Below, piece after piece: positions 51,270 through 64,000 of a DNA stretch of 64,000 bases. The stretch covers positions 43,090,001 to 43,154,000 of the forward strand of contig OX597819.1 in assembly GCA_951406725.2 (NCBI GenBank). The letters are read 5' to 3'. Origin of the DNA: Octopus vulgaris (Eukaryota). The position numbers and the translations under genes are program-made. Under the pieces are notes generated by a model that was not told where the DNA came from, searched no databases, and saw only the letters and a list, made by a program, of their open reading frames with translations. Each line of letters begins with the position of its first letter. Within the stretch, counting starts at the first letter, position 1.

Positions 51270-51860
51270 GTAATCATCATCATCATCATTTAACTCTTTC
51301 ATTACCAATCTGGCTACCCCCCCCCCACGGCTCTGGCTCTGAGTACAAATGTCTCGTTTCCATAAGTTTTGAATTAAAATCTTCCACCAAACCTTAGTCA
51401 AAATTTATGTTCCTAACACTCGCTGAATGGTAACGAAGTTATTTTACTAAATTCTTTGTTATACTTAGAGGAATTGAAAGAAGCACAGAGCATCTCAAAA
51501 TGAATACAGTAAAGAAAGGGTTAACATCCCTTTTCCATGCTGGCATGAGATGGATAGCTTGACAGGAGATGACAAAACCAGGGACCCTGCACCAGGTTCC
51601 ATAGCTTGTTTTGACTTGGTTTCTACAGCTGGATGCCTTACCTCATGCCAACCACTTTGTGTACTGGGTGTTTTTACATAGCACCATCACCAGTGCTTTT
51701 TATGTGGTAACAACACCAATGCTTTTTAAGTGGTACCATTACTACTGTTTTTTTACATAGCACCAGCACCAGTGCCACTATCAACTGTGCTTTTATATGG
51801 CACCACCACCACCACCAGTATTTTTTATGAGACACCAGCACTTTTTACATGGCACTGTGG
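51270..51860 (-). mobile_element. SINE family 3 split by MITE B, with an internal minisatellite
   Basis: Tail CATCATCATTTAA[MITE]CATCCCTTTTCCATGC; GTGCTTTTTA(C/T)GTGGCACC-like unit repeated about 6 times at 51665-51856. Confidence 0.82.
51289..51524. mobile_element. MITE B (piggyBac-type) with TTAA duplication
   Basis: TTAACTCTTTCATTAC ... GTAAAGAAAGGGTTAA, inserted in the TTAA of a SINE tail. Confidence 0.9.
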
Positions 51861-51904
51861 GTTTAGGACATCAATTCTGTTGTGATGGACAATAGTACTT
51901 ACAA

Positions 51905-52520
51905 TCTTTTATCTTTTACTTGTTTCAGTCATCAGACTGCAGCTATGCCAGGGCACTGCCTCAAAGAAAATTTTTTTTTTTTCTTTCTTTTTCTTTCTAG
52001 CTCCACAGGGAGCTAAACATAGAGGAGACAAACAAGGACAAAGGGATTACGTTGACTACATCAACCCCAGTGCGTAACTGGTATTTATTTAATTGATCCC
52101 GAAAGGATGAAAGGTAAAGTTGACCTTGATGGAATTTGAACTCAGAATTAAAGATATGAAATACCACCAGGCATTTCGCCCGACGTGCTAATGCTTCTGC
52201 CAGGGCACTGTTTCAAAAGAAATGATGTCAAATGAATGAATCCCAGTACTTTTTTTTATTTTTAAGCCTTGTACCTCTTCTATTGGTCTCTTTAGCCGAA
52301 CTATTAAGTTACATGGATGTAAATAAACCAAACAATGGTTGGAAACAAACACAAATGCAAAGACACACACACTGATAGCTTCTTTCAGTTTCAGCTACCA
52401 AATCCACTAACAGAGATTTGACCAGTCCAGCTACATAGTAGATGACACTTCCCTAAAGTGGGACTGAGCTCAGAATTGTATGGCTGGGAAGGAAACTTCT
52501 TACCACAGAGCCACGCCTGC
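51905..52520 (-). mobile_element. SINE family 1 interrupted by SINE family 2 (about 51995-52200)
   Basis: GCCAGGGCACTG..TCAAA duplicated on both sides of the insert. Confidence 0.85.
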
Positions 52521-52876
52521 ACAAAATTACATAAAAAAAAACCCCAAAAAAACTCAAATGAAAGCAAAACCAGAGGTAATTGAAGGTGATAGCTAGATAA
52601 ATATAAATGGGGTTGGAGTAATTGTAGTGTAGTTATAAGCACCGTGGTGGGAGCAGTGATGGCTATTGTTAGTGGGAATATATGAAGTTTGTAGGTAGAT
52701 GTTGTGTAGTGTAATTGAGAATAAACAGTGGTGGTGGTGGTACAATGTAGTGGGGTGTGGGGGTTGAAATGGGTGTGGGCGGGTGGTTTTGTAGTGGAGG
52801 AGATATATAGTGTAGTGGTGGATGTGCCAAAGTGAAAAAGTAAATGGAGTGTCGTGGTTGGTGTTGTAGCACAAGG

Positions 52877-52928
<52 letters not shown>

Positions 52929-53617
52929 CAGCAGAGGGTCAACTGGTGTACTGTACATGTGTGTGTGTGTGTGTATGCATACATAGTGCAGTGCAATGGT
53001 GGGTATTGTAGCGCAGGTAGATAAATGTTGTGTAGTAATGGAGGATGTGGGGGAGGAGGGAGAAGAGGTAGGTAATTGCCAAGGCCTAAGGATACAGCAG
53101 AGTTTAAATGGTTTGACAACTATTATAAAGAAAAGGGAAAGAAAAAGGACACATTTCCCATTCTTTACACCCAAGATTTAAACATAAATCCCCAGGGAGG
53201 GAGGGAGAGAGAGAAAGAGAGAGAAAGAAAGAGTGGATGAGAGAGAGAGAGAGAGAGAGAGACTGTGTATATATTGCACACATACATATACACACACCTT
53301 TTCGTGTGCATATTCAGTTACTGTCACACTGCCAATCTCTTATTTACAAAATATCCATTGAGAGGAAAAGAAACAGCACGGAGAGAGAAGAGAGCGGGGG
53401 TGGGGTGGGAAGAGAAGAAAGTGGTCGGCAGAGGCAGAGAGAGCGGGGAGGAAAAAGGTAAATAAATAATTAAATAAAAATGGACTCTGCACTATGGTCA
53501 TAACAAACATCCAGCCTTAATGGTGATTGTAACAGAAAGAAAAGATTGAAGCAGACCTTCACCTAGCACTCAAAACACCTGTTGTTCTGCACTCACTAAA
53601 CTACTTTCTCAATCCAG

Positions 53618-53676
53618 CCAACCCTCGTCTTGCTAAAAGAGCTGTCGAAATGCAGGAAAAGATGGAAGAGAAGGAG
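53618..53676 (+). CDS. Candidate isolated exon (xNPRLAKRAVEMQEKMEEKE)
   Basis: CACTAAAC branch-like motif, CTTTCTCAATCCAG| acceptor, GAG|GTAAGG donor, one open frame. No partner exons found. Confidence 0.3.
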
Positions 53677-54142
53677 GTAAGGCTAATTCCAATATAAAGC
53701 TAACACACACACACACACACGTGTATGTGCATGTATTAGGTTTCCAGCTGTGCTTGCACATAAAGTAATATGGATTATCTTTTTTTTTTTTTTTTAGTCG
53801 TGTATGTGTTAGGTGGTGTGTGCAGGTGTGTGTGTTTCTAGTGCATGCAGCACTCTTACAGTTCACCGCCAGGAACTAGGCTGGTCCAAGTAGTAAACTG
53901 GGAATCAAGTCCAATGAATGAGTTCTCACTGTCAGTATATAAGCTCTCCCCCACTAAGACTTCTGCCAGGTTTCCTTACAGCTATACACCTTCTAAACGA
54001 CTTAGAAAGGCTTATGAATCTTTTGGAAGTCCAAGAAAGGGTTCTAAACAACAGCTTCAGCTGCCTTATAAAAGTTTTGTGCTACTGGGCAGTCTGTAAT
54101 TCCATTCTTGTATGAGCAAGAGACATAGACTATATATATACA

Positions 54143-54371
54143 TTAACCCTTTCATTACTGTATTTATTTTGAGATGCTCTGTGTTTCTTCCAATTACTTT
54201 AAATATAACAAAGAATTAAGTAAAATAACACCGTTATCATCAAGCTAGTGTTAGGGACATAAATTGCGACTAAGGTTTGGTGGAAGATTTTAATTCAGAA
54301 CTTTTGAAAACCAGACAGTTGTACTAAAGAGCCAGAGCCAGTTTCAGCCGGGTTGGTAACAAAAGGGTTAA
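54143..54371. mobile_element. MITE B, inverted relative to the 51289 copy
   Basis: TTAACCCTTTCATTAC ... GTAACAAAAGGGTTAA. Confidence 0.9.
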
Positions 54372-55603
54372 GAAACTGAAGGTCTTTAACAGCTTATGCC
54401 TTTATTTATTCCAATCACCTAGAGAGATAGGATTAAAATCTTCCATTGAACCAACAACACCAGCAGCTTTGAATCAACACTACATAGGAACCATATGTGA
54501 TGGCTACAGCTAATACATAGATGGAGGTCTAAGGAAGTGATTCAAAGACCAGCTAGACAGCATTTTGAAGTGAAGCAATATCAGCTTGTTCGGGAGTGTG
54601 CCATTCATTCATTGTGGCTGCTCCAAAGCCGGAAAGGAATTGAAGATATATAAAGTGAGAAGCAAGAAAAGAGGCAATGTACACTGAGTAACAACTGAAC
54701 CCTGTAACTAAACATTTATGTGTCCCATCTGGAACTTAAGTTGCATGTCAAGGATTGGGGGCGGTCATGAAAGGATCTACAGAGATGATCCTCACTGGAT
54801 TTTGATGGGGAAAAGTCAGCTTAACACTAGCATTTGATGGTTGTTGTGTGTGTATGTGCACGTCGTTCTCATGCACTTTGCTGTGAAATTGGTAACTATT
54901 GCATGCACTTGCACTTGCATATTTGTGCACATGTCTGAAAGTATGTATAAACTGATATACGCTTATAAACACACACACACACACATGCTTTCTATCAGGA
55001 AGAAGGATTACATTATAGACCCAACTGTGTTAGCTACTTCATTACACTACAACAAGAAGAAGAGAGAAGATGACGCTAGCAGTGTTCTACCGGTGAACTA
55101 TAGATTTAAACCTAACCTTATGTAAACGGCTGCAGGCCAACTGGTTGGTATGCACAGCTTTTGCCACCACCCTGCTTCCGATACCAACATCCCACACCTA
55201 TACCTGTTCACCCTGCTACTCCCCACCGCTACACTATCAGTGTTTGTCTGAATATTGTTTCCAGTAAAACCATTTAAATAAACCATCTAATAATTCATAC
55301 TACACCTCATCCACCACCACCACCACCACCACCATCATCACCGAACAGTTTCCTAATCCTTTAGTATCATTATTGATCATCTGCTATGGAGACGGATTCT
55401 TCTAATCTCAAGACCAATTAACAACTGGTCCCTGCATTGACAAAGAGTGAGTGAATGCAAGTGTGTGTGTGTGAGAGAGAGAGTGTGTGTGTGCGCACGC
55501 ACGCATGTTTGCATCTCAGCATAAAGCATTTGTGTCTATGCATGCAAAGACACAATTGCTTGTGTATGTGTGAATGCGTTCAAGTGTAAGTTCGATATGT
55601 GTG

Positions 55604-55640
<37 letters not shown>

Positions 55641-55961
55641 TGTGTATATGCATGCATGTATACGAGCATGTGTACACCATCAACTGGCTTACATACACGA
55701 AAGTCTCTTAGGCAATGCAGCTCTGATTGCAATAAAAGCTGTTAAATACATGTACGCTAGATCTGATAGCCATATAAAAACACCAAACATATCAGTCATT
55801 ATTTCCTAAGAATGAACTGCGTTCTATGTCCGCTGGTTCAGGCATCAATAAGTGCTAGCAAACATCAAGTTTACCAAGTACTTTCCAACTGGGTTATTGC
55901 TTTTGACAATCATCACACACACACACACACAAAGTAAAAACAAAGGAGGAGGGGGGGGACC

Positions 55962-55999
<38 letters not shown>

Positions 56000-56972
56000 C
56001 TCTGTTTGCAATATTTTAGTTAACATCCTGCTATGTTTTCTTATTAAAAAAATAAACCTGGACCACTTAATGGCAACACCAGTAAATATAAATAACCATG
56101 AAACATTGTCTATGAGTGTGTGGAGGGTGGGCAGGGAGGTCAAAAGGGGTGGCGTGTGGGTTCTCCCTTATGAACAATGAGTAAACCAGAAATAGCAACA
56201 ATAATAATAATAATAATTATGATGATGATGATTTTTTAAGTCTCAGTTTCATATTAATCAATAGCAGAAAATTACAGGAAAATTACTGATCTGAGAAAAT
56301 TCATTACTCTTCATAACGTAAAGAGAAAACGCCGACCTTTCTTTTTTTTTTTTCTTTGCCCATGTCTTACATTCACTCACACATGCACCCACGTGTGTAC
56401 ATAAAGACTTAATCTTATGTAGCAGTCAAAATTTCCTCAAACCATATATGCTTCATTGTTTAAAAAAAAAAAAAAAAAAAAAGAATCCAAGAGATCTTGT
56501 ACTCCTAGTTACATAATGACAATGTAAGATGTGATGGTCACACCAGGAAAGCCTCTATTTACAAATCTACCCAACTGGGCCAACCCAATGCTGCTTAACA
56601 ACAACAATTATCAATCTAAAAATCTAGAAGCTGTAAATATAACCAATCATAACTGTAAACAGAACTTTATTATTTTTTTTTTTAAGTTATATTTTTTTTT
56701 CTTTTAGTTAAATGAAAATTGAATGTTCAGTAACTTATCATTTATTGAATTTCGATTTAAATTTACATTTCAGACATACTTCTCTATAATTTCAATTTTA
56801 TCACTTTATAGTGAGCGATCAATCAATAATAAGCTGTTGAATTATCCATTATTGACTTGGTTTATGCAAAATCTGTAGGAAGTAAACTCTAGCTAAATAA
56901 CCCCAGTATCTGACATGAATAAACCAGAAAGTTATGGAATTCCAGTTAACTTAACACCAGTATGGTTGTATG

Positions 56973-57399
56973 CAGTGCTAGATTAACCATTAAGCAAAAA
57001 TAAGCACATGCTTAGGACATCAAGGGAAGATGGGGGCACCACAGAAATGGTAAATAGTCTACGGCACAAAAGAAATCACCTTAAACTTGCTGAAATAATA
57101 TTCAGGATGCCTTTACCTCTGCTAAGTATAGAAGCAGATGTGTTACGCAAGAGTAATTTTGAAGATCTGATCAAAGACTTTGCAATTCAAAAAAGTAGGA
57201 GGAAATTTTTCAAATATAAATAAAGTGGAAGTATACAAAAATAAACATTACTTTCCCTCTTACTGTTTCGTTTCATTTTGAAAAATAAAAATTTATTTTA
57301 TGGTTTGTTGTTGCTTCTATTTTGAATTACATAATCTTTTATGTGGGCACCAAAATATTTTAAGGGCTTCGGGTTTCGATGGGTCTTAATTCGGCCCTG
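56973..57399 (+). mobile_element. Internally deleted hAT element (Tip100/Zaphod-like) with transposase C-terminus and 8-bp TSD
   Basis: TIRs CAGTGCTAGATTAA and TTAATTCGGCCCTG; TSD GTTGTATG/GTTGTGTG; peptide LLSIEADVLRKSNFEDLIKDFAIQKSRRK resembles the end of the hAT dimerisation domain. Confidence 0.85.
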
Positions 57400-57415
57400 G
57401 TTGTGTGGATATTTT

Positions 57416-57620
57416 TTAACACTTTTGATGTAATATTTCTGTTAAAATACACTGCCTTCGTTTCAATTGATTTTGAAGAATTTAGTAAATTAATAATAAA
57501 ATGAAGAATTTAGTAAAATAACTTTATCATAATTAGGTTGGCATTTGGAATATAAATTAACAAAGGATTTTAATTTCGGTTACTTTAAAACAAGAAGTTT
57601 GCTTTGTCAAAAGGGTTAAT
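57416..57620. mobile_element. MITE B-related copy
   Basis: TTAACACTTTTGA ... TCAAAAGGGTTAA. Confidence 0.75.
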
Positions 57621-58097
57621 TAACCTAACCTCTACAAGAATACCATTTCAAGATAGGATTTCCTCATTTTTTTCTTTGACAGAATTACACTGGATACCAA
57701 TATAGTTTTTATGCTAGAAATCATATATTACAGGAGCACAAGTCTGACATATTTATCCTGATTTAGAAGAAAGAAACAAAAAAGGCTTCCACAGCAGACC
57801 CAGCAACAATCTTCAATGTAGCAAGTTGAGTGTATTTCTAAGAATTATGTGAAACAGAAAATTAAAAACAAATCCAATTTGTTACACAGTACAATATAAC
57901 AAGTTGCTTAATCAGATAAACATATTTTAATAGCTTGTTACATAGCAGCAAAAGAAGATCGGGCTAATTAACAAAGTAGTGAGTAAAAAAAAAATGAACT
58001 TTTAAATTGAATAAGTTGCTGCCAGAGTAAAATTCCAGTGGAAATTCTACACTCAACCTTGATCAATACTACATAAGTAGTATAAAAATAATAAATT

Positions 58098-58328
58098 TTA
58101 ACCCTTTAGTGTTTACATTATTCTGCCAAAATTAATGCTTTTTTTTATCCACATTGTTTTGAACTAATCATGCATTATCTTGGTGCTATGAGATTCTGAT
58201 GAAGTAGCTGTTAATTTTTAAAACGATATTGTAGGGTTGGTGTGAGAGACCAGATCTGGCCAGTCTGAACATAAAACAGGCAGAATACTTTTGGCCGGAT
58301 ATGGCCGGTTTAAATGCTAACGGGTTAA
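58098..58328. mobile_element. MITE A, full length
   Basis: TTAACCCTTTAG ... AATGCTAACGGGTTAA. Confidence 0.9.
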
Positions 58329-58619
58329 TACAGCAAACTTGTATCCGATAATCAGAACCATAAAGATACATCAAGGTTAACTTACAAATCTGCCGTCACC
58401 AGTAAATACAAGTAAATATATAGTTTACCAGTGTGAAGGCATTGTTGACAAGAAGTTAGTGTTTGGCTCATGATCGGATGGTTGTGGGTTCAATTCTTGA
58501 TCAGGGAGACATGTGTTTTTAAGCAGAATACTTTGTTCCACATTGCTCCAGTCTGCAAGTTACCAAGCAACATTTGTGCACAAGTGACGCCTGGTTGCAC
58601 TGTACATTTATAGATCATA

Positions 58620-58814
58620 TTTATCCTTTTAGCATTCAGATTACTCTATCAAATGTATAATACTTATTTTATTCACATTGTTTTGAATAGATCATCCATT
58701 AATCTCATAGCTTCAAGATTCTGATGATGTGGTTGTTTATTTTTAGGATAACATTGTAGGGTAGGTGTAGGTGTCAGAGGCTGGATATGGTCGGTTTAAA
58801 TGTTAAAGGCTTAA
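58620..58814. mobile_element. MITE A
   Basis: Colinear with the 58098 copy. Confidence 0.85.
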
Positions 58815-59009
58815 ACATCATAAAACATTAATTTGAAGCAGAAGATACCATATACGTTAAAATCTTTTACGCATTTTTTTAAATAGCTTAGTCAAGAGAG
58901 GAAGGCAGTGGGGGGAAAGTACCAGACAATCTGTTGACAGGATATGAATAATAGAGAACACCATCAAAAGCAATGCTCAGAACAGAAGATACATACACAC
59001 ACGCGAGCG

Positions 59010-59915
59010 GTCTTATAGGCCCAAGATCTGAAATTTTGGGGCAGGAGGCTGGTTGATTACATCAACCCTAGTATGCAACTGGTACTTATTTTATCAACCC
59101 CGAAAGGATGAAAGGCAAAAATCGACCTTGGTAGAATTTGAACTCAGAATGTAAAGACAAACAAAATGTCACAAAGCATTCTAATCAACACAGTAGGAAT
59201 TCTGCCACCTGACCACTATAATAATAACAACATCAGTAATTCTTTCTATGGAAGCACAAGGCCTCAAATTTGAGGGAAGAGATTAAATCAATTACATTGA
59301 CCCCAGTGTGTAACTGGTACTTATTTAATTGACCCCGAAAGGATGAAGGGTAAAGTTGACCTCAGTGGAATAATAATAACAACAACAACAACAACAATAA
59401 TTTTGTTACAGAGCCAGAAAGTTTTTGGCGGGAGGTAGAGAGAAGTTGATTACACTGACCCCAGCATCTGACTGATACCTGTTTTGCCTACATCGGAAGG
59501 ATGAACAGCAATGTTGACCATGGTAGAATTTGAGCCAAGAATGTAAAGGCAGATGAAACAGCCACGTGCTAATAATTCTACCAGCTGGTGGTAGTGGTGG
59601 TGAAGAAAAAGAAGATTAAAAACAAGAGGCTTCATGAAAGAAAAGAAAAAAAATCTCAGAACAACACCAACTACAATAACTAGAAGTGGTAATAGCAGTA
59701 GCAGCAGCAGTAGTGGTAGTAGTAGTGATAGCTTCAAATTTTGGCACCAAACCAGTAATTTCAGGGGGGGAGGGCAGTGGGATAAGTCGATTACATCAAC
59801 CCCAATGATCAACTGGTACTTATTTTATTGACCCTGAGAGGATGAAAGGCAAAGTCGACCTCGGCAGAACTTGAACCCAGAACATAGCGACAGACAAAAT
59901 ACCACCAAACATTTC
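59010..59915 (-). mobile_element. Cluster of four SINE family 2 copies separated by trinucleotide tracts
   Basis: Repeated GACCCC(G)AAAGGATGAAAGGCAAAGTCGACC cores. Confidence 0.88.
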
Positions 59916-60363
59916 AAATAATAACAATAATAATAATAATAATAAGCATGGCTTATTATTGTTTATTATCAATTTTGATATAATAAAAATATCTTTCTAT
60001 GAAAAAAGAGTCAAGTAAAAAAGAAAAAAACATTGAGGAGAAGTGTGGTGAAACAAACAAACTCTAACAAATAACTTACTTTTAATCAGTTAAATTTAAT
60101 AAATTTCCTGAACTAAAAAAAAAAATAATAAAATGGCAGAAATGCACATAAGACAGTTTAAGAACAAAACACGAAGTTGTTAGATTCACTTGACAAGACA
60201 AAGTTAGTGTAAAGTGAAATTCCTCAGAGAAATGAAATGACAGCTGCCTTGGTAATTGTCAACTGAAAGAGAAACTCAATCATCAAAATCTGCTAGAATC
60301 ATGTTCGGTGGATGAAGAAGATATAATACTACAACCGAACAGTAAGGAATTACAAAGATAAAG

Positions 60364-60405
<42 letters not shown>

Positions 60406-61295
60406 AGAGGAAAGGAAAGAAGAAGAAGAAGAAAAAACTCACTATGCAGAATTATATAGAATTATAATCCTTCACATCACAGTGTTATAATTACAAAGAA
60501 GGTGTGTGAGCAAAAAGAAAGCCATCAGCTCTGATTGGGGAACACACAACTATTTATCATCATCGGCATTATTATTATTATTATTATCATTTTCCTTTTT
60601 TTTTTTCTTCTTCTTCTCCTTCTTTCAGTCTTAATACTATATTCGACCAAAATTAGGCAGGACTAGCCAGAAGCAATGGAGGAGAAAGAATGGTGATGAA
60701 GTTAACTGTAACAGCTGTAAAATTAGTATCCACCAAGACACCAATTATGCCCCACCATTAATAGACGTCCTGCTCAAATATGCTTTGTTCATTTCTGAAA
60801 TAGGCAATATAAAAAATAAAAAAGAAAGAAAGAAAGAAAGAAAGAGGGGTGGGAATCATCTTTCTCGTTATACAATATATATAATTTCTGTACCTTCCAA
60901 CCACCGCCACGTCAAATAAAACAGTAGAAATTCTACCACATAATTTCTTTTTTTTTTTTTGTTTTACTTTTTTGCCTTCTCCTCCTGCAATTCAATTATA
61001 ATTGCTAAAATATCTTGAAACATTTTTCTTTCAAGTATAATTTAGTGTAGTAACCCACTAAGAAGAGAAGAAGAAAAAGATGAAGAAGAAGAAGAAATAA
61101 AGAGAGTTTGGTGAAATTTGGGATGATATGTTCAAGGGGGGAAAAAAATGACAAAAATTTAAGATAATGCTCACTTTTACAACAATTTTGACAAAAAAAG
61201 AAAGAAAATGATATTTGAAATAGCTGTCGCAGAAGGACTAAATTAAACTATAAATGATACATACATTTGTATGCGCATGCATGTATATACACATG

Positions 61296-61348
<53 letters not shown>

Positions 61349-61397
61349 CATACACCCATTTATATATAGGCACACACACACATAGGCAAATATATAT

Positions 61398-61556
61398 CGT
61401 GTGGCTGTGTGGTAAGAAGCTTGCTTCCCAACCACATAGTTCCAGGTTCAGTCCCACTGCGTGGCACCTTGGGCAAGTGTCTTTTACTATAGCCTTTAGG
61501 CCAACCAAAGCTTTGCGAGTGGATTTGGTAGACAGAAACTGAAAGAAGCCCATCAC

Positions 61557-61593
<37 letters not shown>

Positions 61594-61787
61594 CCCTCCC
61601 ACCAATGCTTGACAACTGATGTTGATTTCTTTTCATCCCTGTAACTTTGCAGTTCGGCAAAAGAGACCGATAGAATAAGTACTAGGCTTACAAAGTATAA
61701 GTCCTGGGATTGAGTTGTTCGACAAAAGGCAGTGCTCCAGCATGGCCGCAGTCAAATGACTGAAACAAGTAAAACAATAAAAGAATA
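61398..61787 (+). mobile_element. SINE family 1, full length
   Basis: Intact head, core and tail. Confidence 0.92.
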
Positions 61788-62164
61788 TGTATACACACAC
61801 ACACGCAAGTGTAGAGGGTTATGGACCTGAACATGGGTCAATTTGATTAGGGTTAGCCACTCCACCTTTTGATGATTCTTGGTCAGTTAGGTTACATTGT
61901 TGCCCCCATAATATTTCTCAAAGGACAAATTGCAGACATTTTGTTTGATGCTATTTACCATCAGCACATCTTAAATTGTGGTAAACCAAATTTCAGCTGT
62001 GTAACAAGTAAACTTTGACCCCATTTTAGACCTCAGCCAAGCAAGCAATTTACAAAGTTCCAATCATGTTAATATGGATTATGCCTAACATAATAAATGA
62101 ATTTCTTAAAAGAATATTAATTTCCAATAGTTTGCTTCCACTCCATTATTGTTCTTTATTTTGT

Positions 62165-62378
62165 CTTGTGACTTGGTGACCTCACTAGTGCTGGTGCCAC
62201 ATAAAATGTACGCAGTACACTCTATAAACTGGTTGGCATTATTAGGAAGGGCATCCTGTCACATGCCAAAATAAACATTTTGACCTTAGTGGGTTCTCTG
62301 GTTCACACCTTCTGTCGAACCATCCGACCTATGCTAGCATGGAAAACGGATGTTAAATGATGATGAGGATGATGATAA
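62165..62378 (+). mobile_element. SINE family 3
   Basis: TAGGAAGGGCATCC...ATGCTAGCATGGAAAACGGATGTTAAATGATGATG. Confidence 0.8.
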
Positions 62379-62766
62379 GTGTAGGAGGACCTACTAAAGA
62401 ACAATAATGTTGCCCTTTTTACCAGAAAAATATGAACTAAAATAAAATAAATACATAATTTTTAACAGGCACAAAGAAACATTCATGAAGGATGGATATA
62501 TTCAATTATATTGACCCTTGAAGTTGATGGTATTTATTGTAGCAACCAGAGAAAAATGAAAGAGCAAAACCCTAGCAAGATTTGAACTCAGAACTCCTGG
62601 TAAAACCACAACCTGTTTCTATAATAATGATTTCTAACATAGGCATATGTCAAGAAATTTGAGAAGGAAATAATCAATGATATTAATCTCTGTACTTGAC
62701 TGGTAGTAATTTTATAGATAATGGCAAAACAAACAGCAGAGTTGACCTCAAAATGTAATGAGCCAG

Positions 62767-62806
<40 letters not shown>

Positions 62807-62996
62807 GTACGGGGACACCACCAATAGTAAAGAATATGAAGTACAAAAACAAATGAGTAAAATAAGCAAACAAGAGGTGGGGAAAAATGGAAAGCAGGAC
62901 AAGTAACACAAAGAATGACCTTTCATCAGTTGTTTGCTGTCTATCTACTCCTCATTTCAAGCATATGAGGAGTTGGTGACATCCTGTATGCATATA

Positions 62997-63055
<59 letters not shown>

Positions 63056-63060
63056 CCATG

Positions 63061-63267
63061 TTAGCCTTCAGATTACTCTCTCAAATATAATGCTTATAGT
63101 TGTGAATTAATCATGCATTATCTTGAAGTGTCAAGATTTCGATGGTGTCACTAATTACTTTTAGAATGACATTGTAGGGCAAGTGTGACAGGCAGGATCA
63201 GACCAGTTTAAACTTAAAAGCGGTAAGATATTTGGACCTCATATGATCAGTTTAAATGCAAAAGGAA
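63061..63267. mobile_element. MITE A, diverged
   Basis: TTCAGATTACTCT...TTTAGAATGACATTGTAGGG...TTTAAATGCAAAAGG. Confidence 0.8.
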
Positions 63268-63348
63268 TACAACACAATATCGATGACAAAACTGGCAGGA
63301 ATTGTAGAGCAATTTGACTAAATATCCCACCTATAATATCTTAATTTT

Positions 63349-63460
63349 GTGGTGGTGGTCTGACTTTAGAACATCATCAGCATCATCATCGTTTAATGGA
63401 AAGTGGACGCTAAACGATGATGATGATGATGATAATGTTCTAAAGTCAGACCACCACCAC
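63349..63460. repeat. Long inverted repeat (about 47-bp stem, 15-nt loop)
   Basis: GTGGTGGTGGTCTGACTTTAGAACAT...CGTTTA pairs with TAAACG...ATGTTCTAAAGTCAGACCACCACCAC. Confidence 0.95.
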
Positions 63461-64000
63461 CACCAACCTGACCTCCTAAATTTGGAACATACTGGGACTG
63501 AAATTAACTAAATATGAAACCTCACACATTCCCCACATCTATAAACCATTTAAACCTCACCATGTATCTAAAGCAGAAATTGATATTATAAGGAATGCAC
63601 AGTATTGACTACTAAGATAACAGTCATCGTTCATTCACAGATCTGCATGATCAAATCTGACCTGGAGCTATAAACAACAATAACCAAATGAGAAAGCCTC
63701 TACACAATCGGCTGATAGTAGCTGTGTTACTGGTATTGATTACAGGCTAACGAGATGATGCTGTTTCTGTGTGCTTGTTCATTTGATCTTCAAGAAATAG
63801 CAGTGCAATCTCTTTTACAGACTGGAGAAGAAAAAAAGGGGGAAAAACATAATGGACAATATAGTTCTTAGATACACAATGTCTGATTAAAAGATGAGCT
63901 GGTCACAGCTAGAGCTTCCTCTGAATCAGGATAATCCTGTAAAAGTTATCCTTTCTACTATGGACTACAAGGCCTGAAATTTTGAGGGAAACGGGCTTAG

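Overview
AT-rich, repeat-dense animal genomic DNA. The repeat families and very long microsatellites look like Octopus or another coleoid cephalopod (inference from recalled repeat consensi, not from a search). I cannot identify any host protein-coding gene with confidence. Almost all ORFs in the track are microsatellite or SINE artefacts, and the only recognisable protein relics are transposon-derived (two fold-back mariners, a DD37D/maT-like fragment, a hAT C-terminus and an R4/Dong-like LINE end). The window holds at least four SINE families, two TTAA-duplicating piggyBac-type MITE families, hAT MITEs and Penelope-like termini with minimal hammerhead-like motifs. Approximately 12-64 kb is CpG-depleted, with many A-rich plus-strand stretches, consistent with the long intronic or 3' part of a methylated minus-strand gene. 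Approximately 1-11.5 kb keeps its CpGs and looks promoter-like or intergenic. The strongest unexplained signal is a textbook recursive splice site on the minus strand at 25681: branch point, polypyrimidine tract, then CAG|GTAAGTAT. It is followed by a 30-nt RS-exon and overlaps a U12-type donor motif. Several long fold-backs and inverted repeat pairs are plausible ADAR substrates. Repeat boundaries were read by eye and are approximate.
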